64,000 nt of DNA from Acanthaster planci (Eukaryota). Below the pieces are notes generated by a model. It was not told the origin of the DNA and did no database searches. It was given only the letters and a program-made list of their open reading frames with translations. The stretch is from NCBI RefSeq assembly GCF_001949145.1, contig NW_019091360.1, positions 977,858 through 1,041,857 on the forward strand. The letters are read 5' to 3'. Both the position numbers and the translations under genes were made by a program. Below are positions 12,690 through 26,079 of this stretch, piece by piece; positions within the stretch are counted from its first letter, which is position 1, and every line of letters begins with the position of its first letter.

Positions 12690-15600
12690 CTGCAAAGAAA
12701 ATAAACAGACACTTCTTGTGAAATGAAGACTTCAAGCAGTTCCTTGCGTTTCTTTTTTTAAGCAGTGGCTATGAACAATACCATCAGCATACTGCAGGTG
12801 CTTTGTAACTTGTGTTTTTTCCTAATTCAATGGAACTATGACTTTATCCATGTTACGCACTTGACCCCTGCACGCAATGGCTGCAATCACCTACCCATTT
12901 AACTTTCCGTGCACTCGTATGATTAAAGCCAATTGGGAAAAATACCCGATTACTTGTGAATCATTTAAAACCAAGAGGTCTATTGATGAACAAGGTAAAT
13001 TATTTTGCCTTGCAATAGCCCAGTATTAAGGTATCAAACGTTGACAGCTAAAAGCAGTAGGTAAGAACTTACCGGACAATATCAGCCATGGCAGTGAAGA
13101 GTGGTTTAGTTTGATAGGGTATTCCATGTTTCCTACACAGGGCCTGGACATCAGGTGCTACCTTGTAGAAGTTGTGCCTTGGCATGGTGGGAAACAGGCT
13201 GAAATGGTTCAGAGATTATTCAACATGAAAAAAAGGAAAATAACAAATTATGCAGCACTTGTAATGTTGCTATTTATTGTGAGCTCCAGGGCGGATTTCA
13301 CCAACAGAGGATAAATAAGGACAAGAGGAAATCGTGGCTCTGTCACAGGTCATATCTAGAAGGTTAGACTAGAGGATCTAAAAAAGATAAGAACCATAAA
13401 CACTGACTTAGTTTTAGCAACCCCTTTTAGGATCCACAAACATTGGTGTATTAATTGTTGCTTAACTCACTGAAAAGGAAACCGGGAGCCATTGTATAAT
13501 TTTACAATACGAGTACAATAAGCCAAGGTCACTTTAGTCAATGATAAGATCAAGCTAGGAAACTGGCAATCTTGGCCAAAATAGTTTGCACGTGTCAGAG
13601 TAAGCATACCCTCCCCAGGTCCCCCCACTCCAGTTATCTTGAGCTCTCAGTGGTGTTCAGATAACACTGACTGGGGGCAGGGGTTACCTTGCCAGATTTT
13701 GCCGGGACCTGCTCAAAATGTATGTCACTGCAGTACCGGAGTCAACCTCCAATTCTGTGCCTCAAGATCCCTAAAATTGCTAGAAGTTTTGGGTTTCATA
13801 TGAGAGTGATCGGGTGTCACACTGACCCTTCCTGCACTACCACTACAGCACTGGTATCCGAGAAAAATGTGTCAACTAGGTACAACCGAGTTTCTTCTAA
13901 CGGCACTTAGGACAAAGTTCACAAAGTTTTCTGAACTCGGCTTCTGCTCCAGCGAGCCTTTTCTCTATTTTTTCCAGTTTGTCTTTTTGTCTGTATTTTT
14001 GGCCTTTTGGGGGCGGTGGAGGGTGCTGCCTTTGCAGGTTTTGTGATTTGGGGGATTTTGCTTGGGATGGTCGTTCGTTTCTGGGTTTTGGTTTTGGTTT
14101 GTCTTTGTTTCAACTCGATGTATTGATATATTCTGTGCGATATGTTGAATTTGAACTGAAACCCATCAGATCACACAGGGAGTGAGTGATGATGATCTTA
14201 CTGGTGTTCAATCTGGTAGTTGAGGTGGCCGGTGAACCAGCTATTGAACCATGAAGGCTCCACATTGCAGGTAGCCTGCAGCTGCATTGGTAACCACTCC
14301 TTATGCTTGTCACTGTCTATCTCCATTGGGATGTGGTTCATCTGTGTCACCCACACAAACCAATGGCTCTCCATAAATCTACACACAGAGCAAATAATCA
14401 TGGATTGAAAGTGACATACAGGGCATTTCAAACACTTACAAACAGTATAGCTTAGGCCTATGGCTACAAAACATGATACTTTTAACTCGGACACCACAAA
14501 CACGGAACCATTGGGGTCATGTGTACAATATTTGCATATTTAACATGTCCATCTCTCACGTCCAGGGCCTTACCTTTGTTGACACATCCTCCGGGATAAC
14601 ACACCAAAATCTGGTGTTCTATCCACCAAATATCCCGTTTTTAACATTTCCACCACAAGCACAAGCAGAGGAATGCACTCTTTAACTGTATACTTTGTCA
14701 GAAAATGGTAATTTTTAAGAGGTCTTCCATTGAACAGTGATTTTTTTTCTTTTTTTGTATAGCACCTGGCTGACAAAGTTACAAAAAGTCTGTTGTTACC
14801 TGATAAACATATAGAGCCAGAAAGTACCAGACAAGCCTAGAAGGGGCCCATAAGTCAAAAACAACTTGCCAAAAAAGAAGACCATCCAAGCCAAGTCCTG
14901 GTAAATAGAAAACAGATGGGGAAGGGTAGTTAACAGGAAGTTACCTTGGAATAACCAATAACTACATATAAAGCTTACAGGCAAATGCGTGCCATTTGCA
15001 ACTGTAGGCTAGCTGTCTACCTGACAGCATGTTCTTTAGTACAAACCTTTTACAAATGGTGCACCATGCACGATCAGTTACAGTTCTGTGTACATTTCAC
15101 TGAAACTGTGTTGAGACAACCACGTGTGAACATCAGTCTTGATGTGGGTATGGGTCCCCAGAAGCATAGTCACTTTTTAACCCTGAGAAAGCATCGGCAG
15201 CAGAAGTGGGGCCAATTCCTCCCTCGCAGGACCAGGAGAGCATGGCCTCTTACTTTTGCTGGGGCCTTTAATGGGACAGGGCTCAATACCGGTTGCTAAT
15301 GCCTGATACCTCACAACTATACCATAATCTCCACTTTGAAAATCATTCTGCTGTCCTTGCTAACAAGTGGCCAACACAGTGCTTTTGATGGTTGATGGGC
15401 ACATCATAACTCATTCCAGTGAAGCGAGTGCCAGTGAGTTTTAAGAGTAATTGATACGTGACCAGTGCCCCCCCCACATTTTTTTCAAAAATTTGAAGTT
15501 CCAACACTTCAGAAGCAGTTATACGTACTTTCTTTTGAGACTGAGGATTCCTTTACAGATGAAAATATTTTGGACAATCATTCTTGAAGACTATCCCCAT

Positions 15601-18600
15601 TTCGGAACTCCAGACCATTCCCCCCAACTCCAAACAGTGGATGATCACCATTCATTTGTGTAACTGTATGCTTACACAGCCAATCAGAATGAAGCTTCAG
15701 AACAATTTTCCAATGCATCACTTGTTTGTTCCACGGATATGACATCCCATAAATCAGTTTCCAATTATGGGTGAATGTGTTTTGTTTTAGGATTTATTTC
15801 TAGGTTTTTGGGCTGAGTTAGGTTTGGGTGTGAATTGAGGGCTGGGTTTTGGTCAGATAACATAAGATGGGTTACTTTCGGTTGGTTAATTGCATCCAGT
15901 TGGTTGGTTGTTTTTTGCTTGTTGGGGTGTTTGTTTTTTTCTAAATTTTTTTAATATACTACCATGAACTTACAATCCAAATTTTCTTCTTTATCACATG
16001 GGCAAAATACTCGTAGTGAAAGTAGACAGGCAACAGCAATGGTGGTAAAACTGTCAGATAATAAAAAAGGAGGAAATTCACAATGAGTTCCTGTGATATG
16101 TGATGTATTCCGTCCATGTTAGATGATTTTGGAATGGACTTGAAGTGCAGAGATGAACAAAATGGGCATTGTATTATATTCCAACTATAACAGCCATTTC
16201 AGTTTGAGGTGTTTTTTTCTAATTTGCCAAATACAAGCAATTCATTTCCAGGTAAGCACTTTTCCAGTAAAGTCATACCATGGTGTACAATCCCTAATCC
16301 TGTTTTCAGCCAGTGTCTGACATTGTGGCCAGTTAAATGCTAATCCTTAAAATACCCAGACCTGACTCATCATACTAATCTGATAACACTAGTTCAAATA
16401 ACCACGGGATAACACCGCAGAAGGTTTATAGCCGATTGGCAAATAAACTGTCTCAAATGAATAGATTCACAGAGCTAATGGGATTATTGTGTTGTAAGTT
16501 TACAGAGGTCAATTTTCACAAGGAATGACATAAGGCAAGTACCTGGCTAGCTTATAATTCATTTGCCGGCAAACAAGTATGGACTAGGCTCAGATACACC
16601 TCCTGTGTATGATGGTTTTAATTGCAATAAATTGGTGTAGAGTGTGCATGACTGATTTTCATACGTGAATGTTGACATATCCAAACAAAATCTTCCATTG
16701 GGTGTATGGCACACGGATACAATGACATTCCCATAACAACAGCCAAAAAGGGGCCATCCCACCCCCAAAAGGGACACATTTTTTAATTTGAGGAATGATT
16801 TGAGAGAGCAAATTTTTTGGGACGATTTCCTCTCCATTACTTCCCAAAGTGTGCAAACTCCCTAAATGTAGCCTCCCTTCTGAGACAGATTATAACAGGT
16901 TACATAAAACTTCCCAAGTTTTTTGCATCTGACCCCCTCCCACAAAAATTGTTCAGGATCAATCCTTGTGAGGGAATGGAATTGCTTGACAGTCCACTGG
17001 AGAACACCTGGAATTCTTAATGCACTTTGAATGCTGCAGTGAGGTTGTTTGCTATGATGCATGGAAGTTTTCTCTCAGAATGGCCAAATTAAAGTAACAC
17101 CCCTAATGGAAATGTGTGCCTAAATCAATGCACCCAAAACTGGACAATGCTGGTTCTTGCTGTAAAAAAACACAGTGTCAGAAAGTTGATCATGTTGGAA
17201 GGAACCAGACTGTTCAAGCTTTGAGAAACTACCCAGGTTGCCTGTACTGAGGAAGAGACATATACTCACTGAAAAAGAAGTAGCTTTGCTGGTAGTTATA
17301 TGGCATGAAGCCCTTCTTCCTATTGGCCCAGCGCACTGGCATCTTGTCACCGAGCATGAAGAGGTACTCCATCCTGATGTCTGGATCCTTGAAGACAATG
17401 TTGGGCTTGGCATGGTGCTGGAAATGACGGTAGTTCCACCAATGGGCCGAGGAACCCTATGATGTGGACAGTGTGGACGCAACAAAGCCCAAAGTTAAGC
17501 ACCAGCTCATACTTCATTTGAGAAAGCCAAGCGAGTTTTATGTCATGAAACATTTGTTGCAAAATTTGGGTGAATTGAAACGAGTTCAACTTGACTTTCT
17601 GAAATCAGATGTCACAAATTCGCATTTGTGTTCTCCTTTGCCTCAGCATTTAACGTGGACCAACCCCACAAATCAATTTCAAATTGTGCCATGCAAAAAT
17701 GGGTAGACGAGACTCTGTAAAGGAAACAAGGGTATTTTTCACTTTTGCCATTTCTGTTATTATTTGGTACAAGTCAATGAGCTGTGGCTACTGTCATATG
17801 TGTCACCAGGATTTCCTCGGGGGGTGGGGGAAGCACTCAGTAGCAGCAAACTGCTTGAAGTGGAAAGGGGTCGATTCCGAGATATTTCCAAGCAAATTGG
17901 TGATGAGCAAAAGGGGATGCCCTTTCCTCCTTTTTTGTCTCTTTTGTTTTTTTCTCTTTTTTGGCATTTGTTATTTCAGCATTTTTTTCAAGGGAGGCAC
18001 TGTTTTGTTTAGCATAACAGTGTTTGTTATAGTAATTCCAACTGTAGCTTGGATATTGCTTGAAAAACATAGCTTATGAAAGGAAAAGCATCAATTGTCC
18101 ACATTTTTAGCCCAACCTACTATGTAACATGATGTACACTTCTCTATTGCCAATTAGTGTGTCCAAACTTTTGACACATTAGATTGTCCAATCATGGTTC
18201 TGACTGATTAAAGCATATGACAAGGCAAGTCTTACTGAACCTGTCAAGTATTTCAAAGAATATACCTTTAATCCACCAAGGATAAAGCCGTGAAGTAAAT
18301 GATTCCAGCGAGACTTTTTGAAGACAGTGAGATGACCCAGATCATGCTGAAACCAGCCTGCTTGACCCTGAAAATTTAACAATGAACAAAACAAGCCAGC
18401 AAATCTTAGCTTTTGTACCTAATATTGAATTTTCTGTCAGGGAAATTTAAAATGTTAAATTGAACCCATGGCCCAGGGTTCCAAACTGAAGCACTTTGAC
18501 CAAAGAAAATTTGAAACCGTCCATCTATCCATCTACCTGTGCAAGAAGTAAGAGAACAGAAGCCGTCAGGTATGGCACCCATCCCGTCCCATAATACCAC

Positions 18601-21600
18601 AAGACAAACCAGCCTAACACTTCAAAGGCAAGGATGTGGGCCATCACAGCTGCAAAGAACCATGGGTTGGTTTCCAAGAGTCCTCTCTGCTCCACCTTGA
18701 GACGGAGAGCCTGCATGTCAGTGACAAAGGACTTCTGCAGGAGGGGAAGGACAGATGAAGGGAAGAAAAGAAAAGGTTCGGTTTGATGATGTTGCTAAGT
18801 GCATTCACTTTTTGCCCATGTTTACCAACAACTCCTTGCATGGGTGTCACCAGGATTTTTCTACGCATAGGGGGAGGGGAAGACGTTTCGAGGGGGGGGA
18901 GCACTCATCACCAGCATGTGATATTAAAACTATCCAGGGTGAAAGGTTATGCTGAAACTATGAAAACTTAATTTCAAACTAGGTTTTGCCCTTACACTGA
19001 TGTATGTATTCACATTTGATTCTCACATTTTAAGCTTGTTCGGGTGGGATTTGAGCGCAGGACTTCCTGCTTACTAGTGGAGATGTCCCTGTCCCTATTT
19101 TGCTGGGATTGGAGGCTGGCTCGAATCCCATGTAGCAGTGGATATCACAAGCAGTCAATGTTAGTAGTCAAATGTTGGATCAGTGGAAATCTATTTTAGT
19201 AAAAGGGCAAAACCTAGTATAATATTTTTCTTTTCCCTTTTTTTCTCTTCATTATCTTGAAGGGGAGCAAGTGACCCCTTTGCTCCCCTCCCCCCACAAT
19301 GCCTCAAGCAAGCCTATTCAACCACTCAAACAGCTACACTGAGGGGAAAGCTTCATCAGTGACAAATAGTCAACCAATGGTCCATTTTGACTGGTAACCT
19401 ATGGATTAAACATATATCGAGCATCAGTGAAAATCGACCAGTGGTTAACAAACTGCTGCTGATCAAACTCGGCCCAGGTTTTTGATAAAGATAAAACACT
19501 GAATTTTCAGTAAGTTTGAATACCTCATTAAGTAATGAGATCTTCATTCAGTCTGCACTTTTATCAATATAACAAATGGAGACTTCTTTACAGCAAAAGT
19601 ACTGAACAATGACAAAGTTACAAGTGATAATCAGATGCATAGTCTTTCCCATCAATTTGCAAACACTTGAGAAAAGTATAGTTGACTTGCATTGACACTT
19701 TGTTTCTCTACAACTTTCGTCATTCTTTCTATTTCTTTAAGCCTAATAATTTCAAACATTCTCCTTTATCAAAAGTTTCTGCAACATTTTCACTTCGGAT
19801 GACTTCATTCACAATTTCAATCAGAACGTGACAAAACCATTGGGTCATAGGTTTATATACAACACACTCTATATTGTCTGTTACAAAGGATTACTTTGGA
19901 ATGAAAGGACTGATGATTATTACAGGAAAAAAAACGGTACAAATGGAAGTCAACTGTATTCTGCTCAAGTGTATGTCAACTTTTGGTCAGGACTCTACAA
20001 ACATAAAAAGAATAAAAATTAGAAAACAAACTGACTAGGTGCTCTTTAATCTGTGACTTGTCAATCTCTGTCCCTCATTAAACTTGTGAACTGACAAAGT
20101 TCACAAGTTCATGATAATTCCCCAAAAGGTCCAATGATTTTAAGATGGTAACAACCCTGGCCACCATTAATAACCCCCGTTTGTATTTCGTTCATGAACA
20201 GTATTAATGTATGAAAAGAAAGGTTCAAGGTTTAATTGGTTTGAACCAATAAAATGTAATTTACAAACTGCAGGTTGGTCCAAGGTTCCAAATTATGGCA
20301 AAATGCCAATGCATTTTAAAAGGAACATCACATTTGAAAGTCAAAAGAACAACTGTTACTGTAATTTTAACTACAGTAACAGTTACAATTTCTACAATTA
20401 CATGTGTTAAGCAGTTATCCTCTAGGTGGCCAGAAACTGAAAAGTTTTTTTAAAGACTCTTAATGTCAATCAAAATAAAATAGAAATAAATTATATTACA
20501 TTTTGACTTCTGACAAAATCCACTGATACATGGAAACAAACAGACTTCCACAAATCAAAGGGTCTTAAAACAAGACTTTTGTCCATCTCGGGTCAACTTC
20601 AACACCAGCTGAATGGAAGCATGATTTGCGTATTACTCAGGACTGGTTCCCAGCAGTTAGCCGATATTCTCAGCTAGGACACTGTTTATGGTTAAAATCT
20701 ATGTAAAAACTGGCAATGTTGTTATCAAGTTATTTTCTAAAAGTCAAGCCAAACACGAACTGAAATGATAGCATGACAAAGTTTGATGAAGTTCCCAGAC
20801 ACTCCAGGCAGTGTACTTATTCAGTCATAATGATACAGGAGAGTGGCCACCTGCTGCGCAGTGTGTTAGTGCGCACGGTGCAATATAGTTCCTCGCTTCA
20901 TATTACATCAACTATTCCCAAGTCAAGTCACATCTTTTCTTCACGGATCGAGAAAAACGTAAAGTCCTGAGTCCCAAGACATTTTTCAAGCCTATGTGAA
21001 ATGACATCTATGCTTTGCAAAACAGGTCAAACCACTTCTGTGTGGTATTACTTTGATGTTGATTTTGTATGATTTTGATGTCTTTTGGGCAACTACATTT
21101 GTAAGTAATTGTAATTTTATATATGTTAATTTGTTTTGAACTATTGTGCAGCAAGTTGACATCTTTTTGTAAATGTAAAGGGCTTTAAATATTTCATTAT
21201 TACTATTGTTATTATCATTATTATTTTTAACCCATCTGCCTACTTTCAACTATGGATAGTGACATTTCTAATGATAAAAAAAAACAACCAGATAATGAAA
21301 ACAGACAGGCTTGTTTTGCACATAAAGTCATCACTACTTTTATTTTATTTATTTGAACAAAAGTTGTTATAGTGAAAAGTCAACGTTATGGAGCAAGTCT
21401 CGAGCCATTTTCTCCCAAGCCAAGTTAATAGTCTTATTCTTTCCGAGCCAAATCAAGCCTAAGTCAGCACTGCAGGTCAACAACACTGATCTCAACCTAC
21501 CTTGGGTTGGTTGTCTTGTTCTAGCGAGCCGATATACAATGGCTTCAAGTATTTTCTGACCAGGTTCTTGTCAGGGTGAAAAGCAACAAATGCTTCCTGA

Positions 21601-22524
21601 GAAAAATGGACATATGCAGGCAAACAATTTTAAATCATCATAGTTCATTTATAATAAATTGGTTAAAATGTAGCTCTTCGATGACACAGTGCTACAGAAC
21701 AAGCACCACTTGCTCAGAATTTCCTAGGAGCTTGTAAGAAAACCTGCCTTAAGCTTGCTTGACATGCCTTTTTTAATGCAAGCTGGCAAAATGCACTTTA
21801 CTAACCTCATTTCAACTTCAAAGATATATTTGGGTACTTTGGTGCCTTTTTGATTTTTGTGCCAAGGCTAATTTCAATAAATTTCAATATTCATGCACAA
21901 AACTGTGATATTGATTTGGTGATAACAACATCCACATGTGTGGGGTGACAGGTAATGTGCAATGAGGATCCCAGTAGAGCAGTTGAAAGGAGAAAGCAGC
22001 TGTATTAATTTCATGTCAATTCATTAAAAGAATATATTCATATGCATATGCACGTATTGCTTCACAGCCTTAGCTCCCTGCCTGTACGCAAAGTATAAGC
22101 AGTGTCAACCCCCCCCCACATGGACTGCCCTTTATGGATGGCCCCTTGCTGGAGTTGGCTGCCAGATCTAAAACATGGTGATCCAAAGTAATGAAATTCG
22201 AGAGGACAATTGGGACTCATTTTGTTAGTAAGGCACTTGCCCAGGTCAGACACTGCAGGTTCGAACCTCACTCTGGTCCATTTTCTTTGATATGAATGAA
22301 CTTCTACAGAATCTCTAACTTACAGTGGCATCTTCCCCAGCATAGTGGGATAGCACTTTGAATCCCCCTGGGTGTCGTTTCACCCACTGGGAGACATCAT
22401 ACACTCCACCCTCAATCACAACCCATTTGTCTGTCTGTGTGCTGTGCTGACGGACTTCATCCCAAGTGTAGGTGCTCTGCTTGCTGACCCTCATGGAAGT
22501 CTGACGTTCTTGGCCTTTACCCAT
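12638..22524 (-). CDS. fads: Front-end fatty acyl desaturase A (FADS1/2/3 family), 10 coding exons, 437 aa
   Basis: Exons 22524-22324, 21596-21501, 18734-18537, 18367-18266, 17456-17270, 16050-15974, 14897-14800, 14378-14202, 13198-13073, 12689-12638 total 1314 nt, all GT-AG and in frame. Motifs HPGG, HDLGH, HFQHH, QIEHH. Confidence 0.95.
13073..13198 (-). CDS. fads: FADS-A coding exon 9
   Basis: [42 protein letters not shown]. Confidence 0.95.
14202..14378 (-). CDS. fads: FADS-A coding exon 8 (His box 3)
   Basis: [18 protein letters not shown]...[10 protein letters not shown]. Confidence 0.95.
14800..14897 (-). CDS. fads: FADS-A coding exon 7
   Basis: [33 protein letters not shown], 98 nt. 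Confidence 0.92.
15974..16050 (-). CDS. fads: FADS-A coding exon 6
   Basis: [25 protein letters not shown], 77 nt. Confidence 0.92.
17270..17456 (-). CDS. fads: FADS-A coding exon 5 (His box 2)
   Basis: [26 protein letters not shown]...YFFF. Confidence 0.95.
18266..18367 (-). CDS. fads: FADS-A coding exon 4 (His box 1)
   Basis: [34 protein letters not shown]. Confidence 0.95.
18537..18734 (-). CDS. fads: FADS-A coding exon 3
   Basis: [11 protein letters not shown]...[10 protein letters not shown]...LLLLAQ, 198 nt. Confidence 0.93.
19641..19996. mobile_element. Degenerate Tc1/mariner-like non-autonomous element in FADS-A intron 2
   Basis: TAGTCTTTCCCATCAATTTGCAAACACTTGAG ... CTCAAGTGTATGTCAACTTTTGGTCAGGACTCTA imperfect TIRs resembling Tc1-type termini. 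Confidence 0.4.
21501..21596 (-). CDS. fads: FADS-A coding exon 2
   Basis: [32 protein letters not shown]. Confidence 0.93.
22324..22524 (-). CDS. fads: FADS-A coding exon 1 (cytochrome b5 domain)
   Basis: MGKGQE...[18 protein letters not shown]|gtaagt. Confidence 0.95.
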
Positions 22525-22683
22525 GATGCAAAGATGTCACTGCAGGACACGGGCACAGTAAAATCAAGTCATCATTCTTTGACTGAGTTCTTGTCTCTGT
22601 GTGCATCCTCTTCAACCCTGCACACTTTCACTTTAAATTTTCTTTGAAGCAAAAAATCTGAGTTGCTATAAGATATTTCTTTC

Positions 22684-22810
22684 CTCGCCTTCTACCTCTG
22701 GGGGCCTGGGTTCAAATCCAGCTAGGTCCACATGTAGATTGGGTTTTCAGTCCCTACCTGAGTCAGTGGGGTTTCCCCAAAACATACATCCAGGATTTTC
22801 CTCCCAACTC
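22684..22810 (+). mobile_element. tRNA-derived SINE-like fragment
   Basis: CTCGCCTTCTACCTCTG...GGTTCAAATCC (B-box-like, 22709-22719) followed by GGGTTTTCAGTCCCTACCTGA...TTTTCCTCCCA; no complete cloverleaf. Confidence 0.5.
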
Positions 22811-23755
22811 TAAAAATGAATATTTGTTCATTGTGTTCTTCACTCATTATATCATCCTGTAATTGGTGCTAAATGTGCTGCTGGACGAACAGCACATTTA
22901 GTTGTTTTGTCTGTTTTAACAGACAGTTCTATTAGCATTAGACAGTGGACATTTGGGCAGTTCACGATTCTTGTTCAGTCATAGGTATAATTGTGTCAGA
23001 CTGTCATTTCTTACTTTATTGTGCGCGTGTATGGAGGGGCTTGTGGGATACCGGAACAATGGGAAGTACCCCATAAGGTACTTGTGGGGTACTGAGAAAT
23101 AGATAATTTTAAATTTACTCAAAAAGGAGGAATTTTGAAGTACCATTTATTTGTCACAGAATGAAGTATTTCAAATAAGGGACGTTCAGTCGAATTTCCA
23201 AAGTAGGAAAGAGAATTTGGTTTAAATTGGAGTGATTTGAAATTTTCTGCATGTTGTGAGGGAGTTTTGTACACAAGAACAAAGGAAATACCCCACAAGT
23301 ATAGCTGTGTAAGGATGGGTGTGGATGTATGTGGTTATTTACAGTTCAGCGTTTTCTCCATTTGCCAACAGGGAAGGGAGCGAGGATTTTTCGTGGAGCG
23401 TGCGTACCCCACGCACCCCCCCCCCCTCGGCCCCACTAAGCCGCTGCTGGAAAGGTTGTGTGCACCGGTGGCCTATTCCTCCGTGATGGTACACAGCACA
23501 GAAACAGGACACACGAGTACAGAAAACTCCAACCAAGCTACCGGAATGGTCCCTTCCCAACCTCTCCTCAATGGTGACGCTCTAGTGGTTCCATTACAAT
23601 TAGGCTACATGCCAACAAAATGACAACTAGATTGAAATTCAGCGGCGTAGTCACAATTAACAATGTCAACAATCGTCACTAGACTGTAAGCGACACATTT
23701 GTTGGGATTGTGTATATCTATAACTTGATGTCAATTCACGGTGGGCGCAACTTAC

Positions 23756-23850
23756 CGTCATCAGCTGATATTTAGCCTACAGAAGTTCCAATAAACACAC
23801 AAAATCGACAGAGAAGAACCTTCTCTTGTCGCCAGGTCGGACTCTGTAAC
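23756..23850 (-). other. fads: Probable non-coding first exon of FADS-A (5' boundary approximate)
   Basis: GTAAGT donor at 23755-23750; coding exon 1 has a CAG acceptor only 15 nt upstream of the ATG; CpG-richer region and SRE-like motifs immediately upstream. Confidence 0.5.
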
Positions 23851-23890
23851 GAACAGATGCCACCACGCGTGTCCAGTTTTCATTCAAGGA

Positions 23891-23956
23891 CACGTGCACT
23901 CGGGCAACGCATGCATAGATGACCGAAGAAAATCACGCCATAGTGGGTCACATGAC
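23891..23956. promoter_or_regulatory. Putative FADS-A promoter module: E-box plus paired SRE-like sites
   Basis: CACGTG 23891-23896; ATCACGCCAT 23932-23941; GTCACATGAC 23947-23956; same layout upstream of FADS-B. Confidence 0.6.
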
Positions 23957-24833
23957 TGTCATTTTGAGCTCTAAAAAGTCTGAAGTATCGTCCGTTGTCG
24001 TCCGGCTAACAACGGACCATGGTCAGTCAAATGGTCATCCGATAAAAACAAACTGTAGTCCCGCACGAGGACAGCTGGAAATATTAAAGGACGAGAAACA
24101 CCGGGCATCACGGCCTTGCATATCATCTGGGATTGCATTGGTTGCTATTAAGTGTGTCTTCGGGTAGGGCCTATAGGGTGTGATTAACGTGCACTGTCTC
24201 TGTTAAAGCGCGCGACCAGCTTTTGAGTGAGGATACAAATGATGCTCAGACGTTTGCCTACCAAAGCAGTCGATTTTCACGTCTTTGCACCCCCCAAGAA
24301 AATAAAATGACCGAGAGTACCACCGAAGCCCCTTAGTTAACCATTGCCCAAGGTACTTTTGTAAGGTATTTGGCGTAAATTTGACAACTTTTTTGCTGGG
24401 CCAGTGACAACTGCATATTTTAAGTTAAAAAAAATTACTCCCGATGAGGCGTTTGTGCGACCGATCATGTCCGAAATTCGAAGTTCTAACGCCCCATACC
24501 AGTTAGTAGTGGGTCTAGGTCTGGAGATTGTGAGTCTTTAGAACCCGGTTCAAGTGTCTAATGCCAATCGCCACGGCCGTGAGGTTAATTGATAAGCCCT
24601 ATATTCAAACATTTATTTCTATTGAGGGCCGCAAACAGGGTCGACGGTCAACAAAAAGGTTTGGGGTGACAGAGACCCATTCGTGATAAAAAGATCAGGA
24701 TGATGATGTTCTGAGACGAGGATTGGGAAAGGGTTGGACGACCTATGCGGGTATCCATCACGTGCCTTGCTACTCAACATGCTCAACCCCGCAAAGTCAT
24801 GCAATACAGTGCTTGAGAAGATACCGCCCAATG

Positions 24834-25117
24834 TGAAGCCCCATTGGAGTCACTTTCCCTATGTGATGTGTGTTTCGCAAGGAGGCAAATGTCTTGGCAA
24901 ATGTAAGTTGCCGAAGCAAGATAACTTGGCCAGAAGCAAGATAATAAGTTTCCGAAGCAAGATGATAAGTGCTAATAGGGGCCTATATATAATAAGTTCT
25001 TATTATGTACATGTATATATAATAAGTGCTTATTATCTTGCTTCGGCCACTTGCTGATTCATTTGCCTCCTTGTGAAAAACACATCACAAAGGGAAGGTG
25101 ACACCAGTGGGGCTTCA
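24834..25117. mobile_element. Hairpin MITE-like element
   Basis: TGAAGCCCCATTGGAGTCACTTTCCCTATGTGATGTG...CAAGGAGGCAAATG inverted against CATTTGCCTCCTTG...CACATCACAAAGGGAAGGTGACACCAGTGGGGCTTCA; internal GAAGCAAGATAA-like repeats. Confidence 0.8.
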
Positions 25118-26079
25118 TTGCCCAAAAACATTAGTTTTTTAGGGGGAAAAGAGCTAATAAATGCGTTTGCAGTGCACGGTGTTAGAACATGGGACTAATA
25201 TATAGTGCACTTACAGCCTTACTAGGTAGCAACACCAAAATGGGCATTGCACAATAAAACCACGCTCACCCAGTGTCCTTGGGGTTTTGTTTACACCAAG
25301 GGCACAGGTCTACAAAGAGTATGATGTCGGGCAACAATTTACACAATGTGAGGGCCCCTGAAAGTTCCGAAAAGTTCGATTGCCTACAAGGGACAAAGAC
25401 GTAACTTGCTCCGGCATTGCAGGATACTACCGCTATTCTGCAAGGGAGACTAAGCAGACCCACTCTTTATTGTAGAACTTTTTTCACTGCGGGTTCTCTA
25501 AAAAAGTTTCTGTTGGGGACAACTGACGGGTGGCATCTGACCAACAGCAGAAGAGATCAAACTCAAATGCATGTTCCCACTCATCAGCACTGTAAAATCT
25601 GGCTAAATTTGCACTACGCAGAAGACATGCTTGGAGAATGTTGACATCCGATATTTAATTATATTGAACCATCAGCTTACGGATAATTTTACCCCAGATA
25701 ATTGCAAATAGCCGAACTTTTTAATAGACATTTCGCTGAAGATCAAGAAATCAAAATTCACACAATTTTTTTGGATAGGCCCTACTAAAAGCTAGAAAAT
25801 GAAAACAACTGCAATTTCTTACATATGGTTATCTCTAAGCCCAAAGGCAACTTGTTTGACGTACTATTTAAAATGGGAATGGTCCTCAGTTATCTTTGCA
25901 AATGAAATATGATTCCTCACATTCCATTATTAGGCCTATAAGAGTACTATCATATCATAAACATATTAAAATGAAGTTGTATTATCGTTGTTGACCTTTT
26001 ATCTCACGAGTAAGAGAGTCAATCTCTTTCACCAGCTTATTTAAAGGCAACAGACACTGATTTTATAAGTGAGCAATTC

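Noticed and set aside
22684..22725. tRNA gene (GGTTCAAATCC T-loop motif)
   Set aside because: No complete cloverleaf and followed by a SINE-type body; treated as a SINE fragment.
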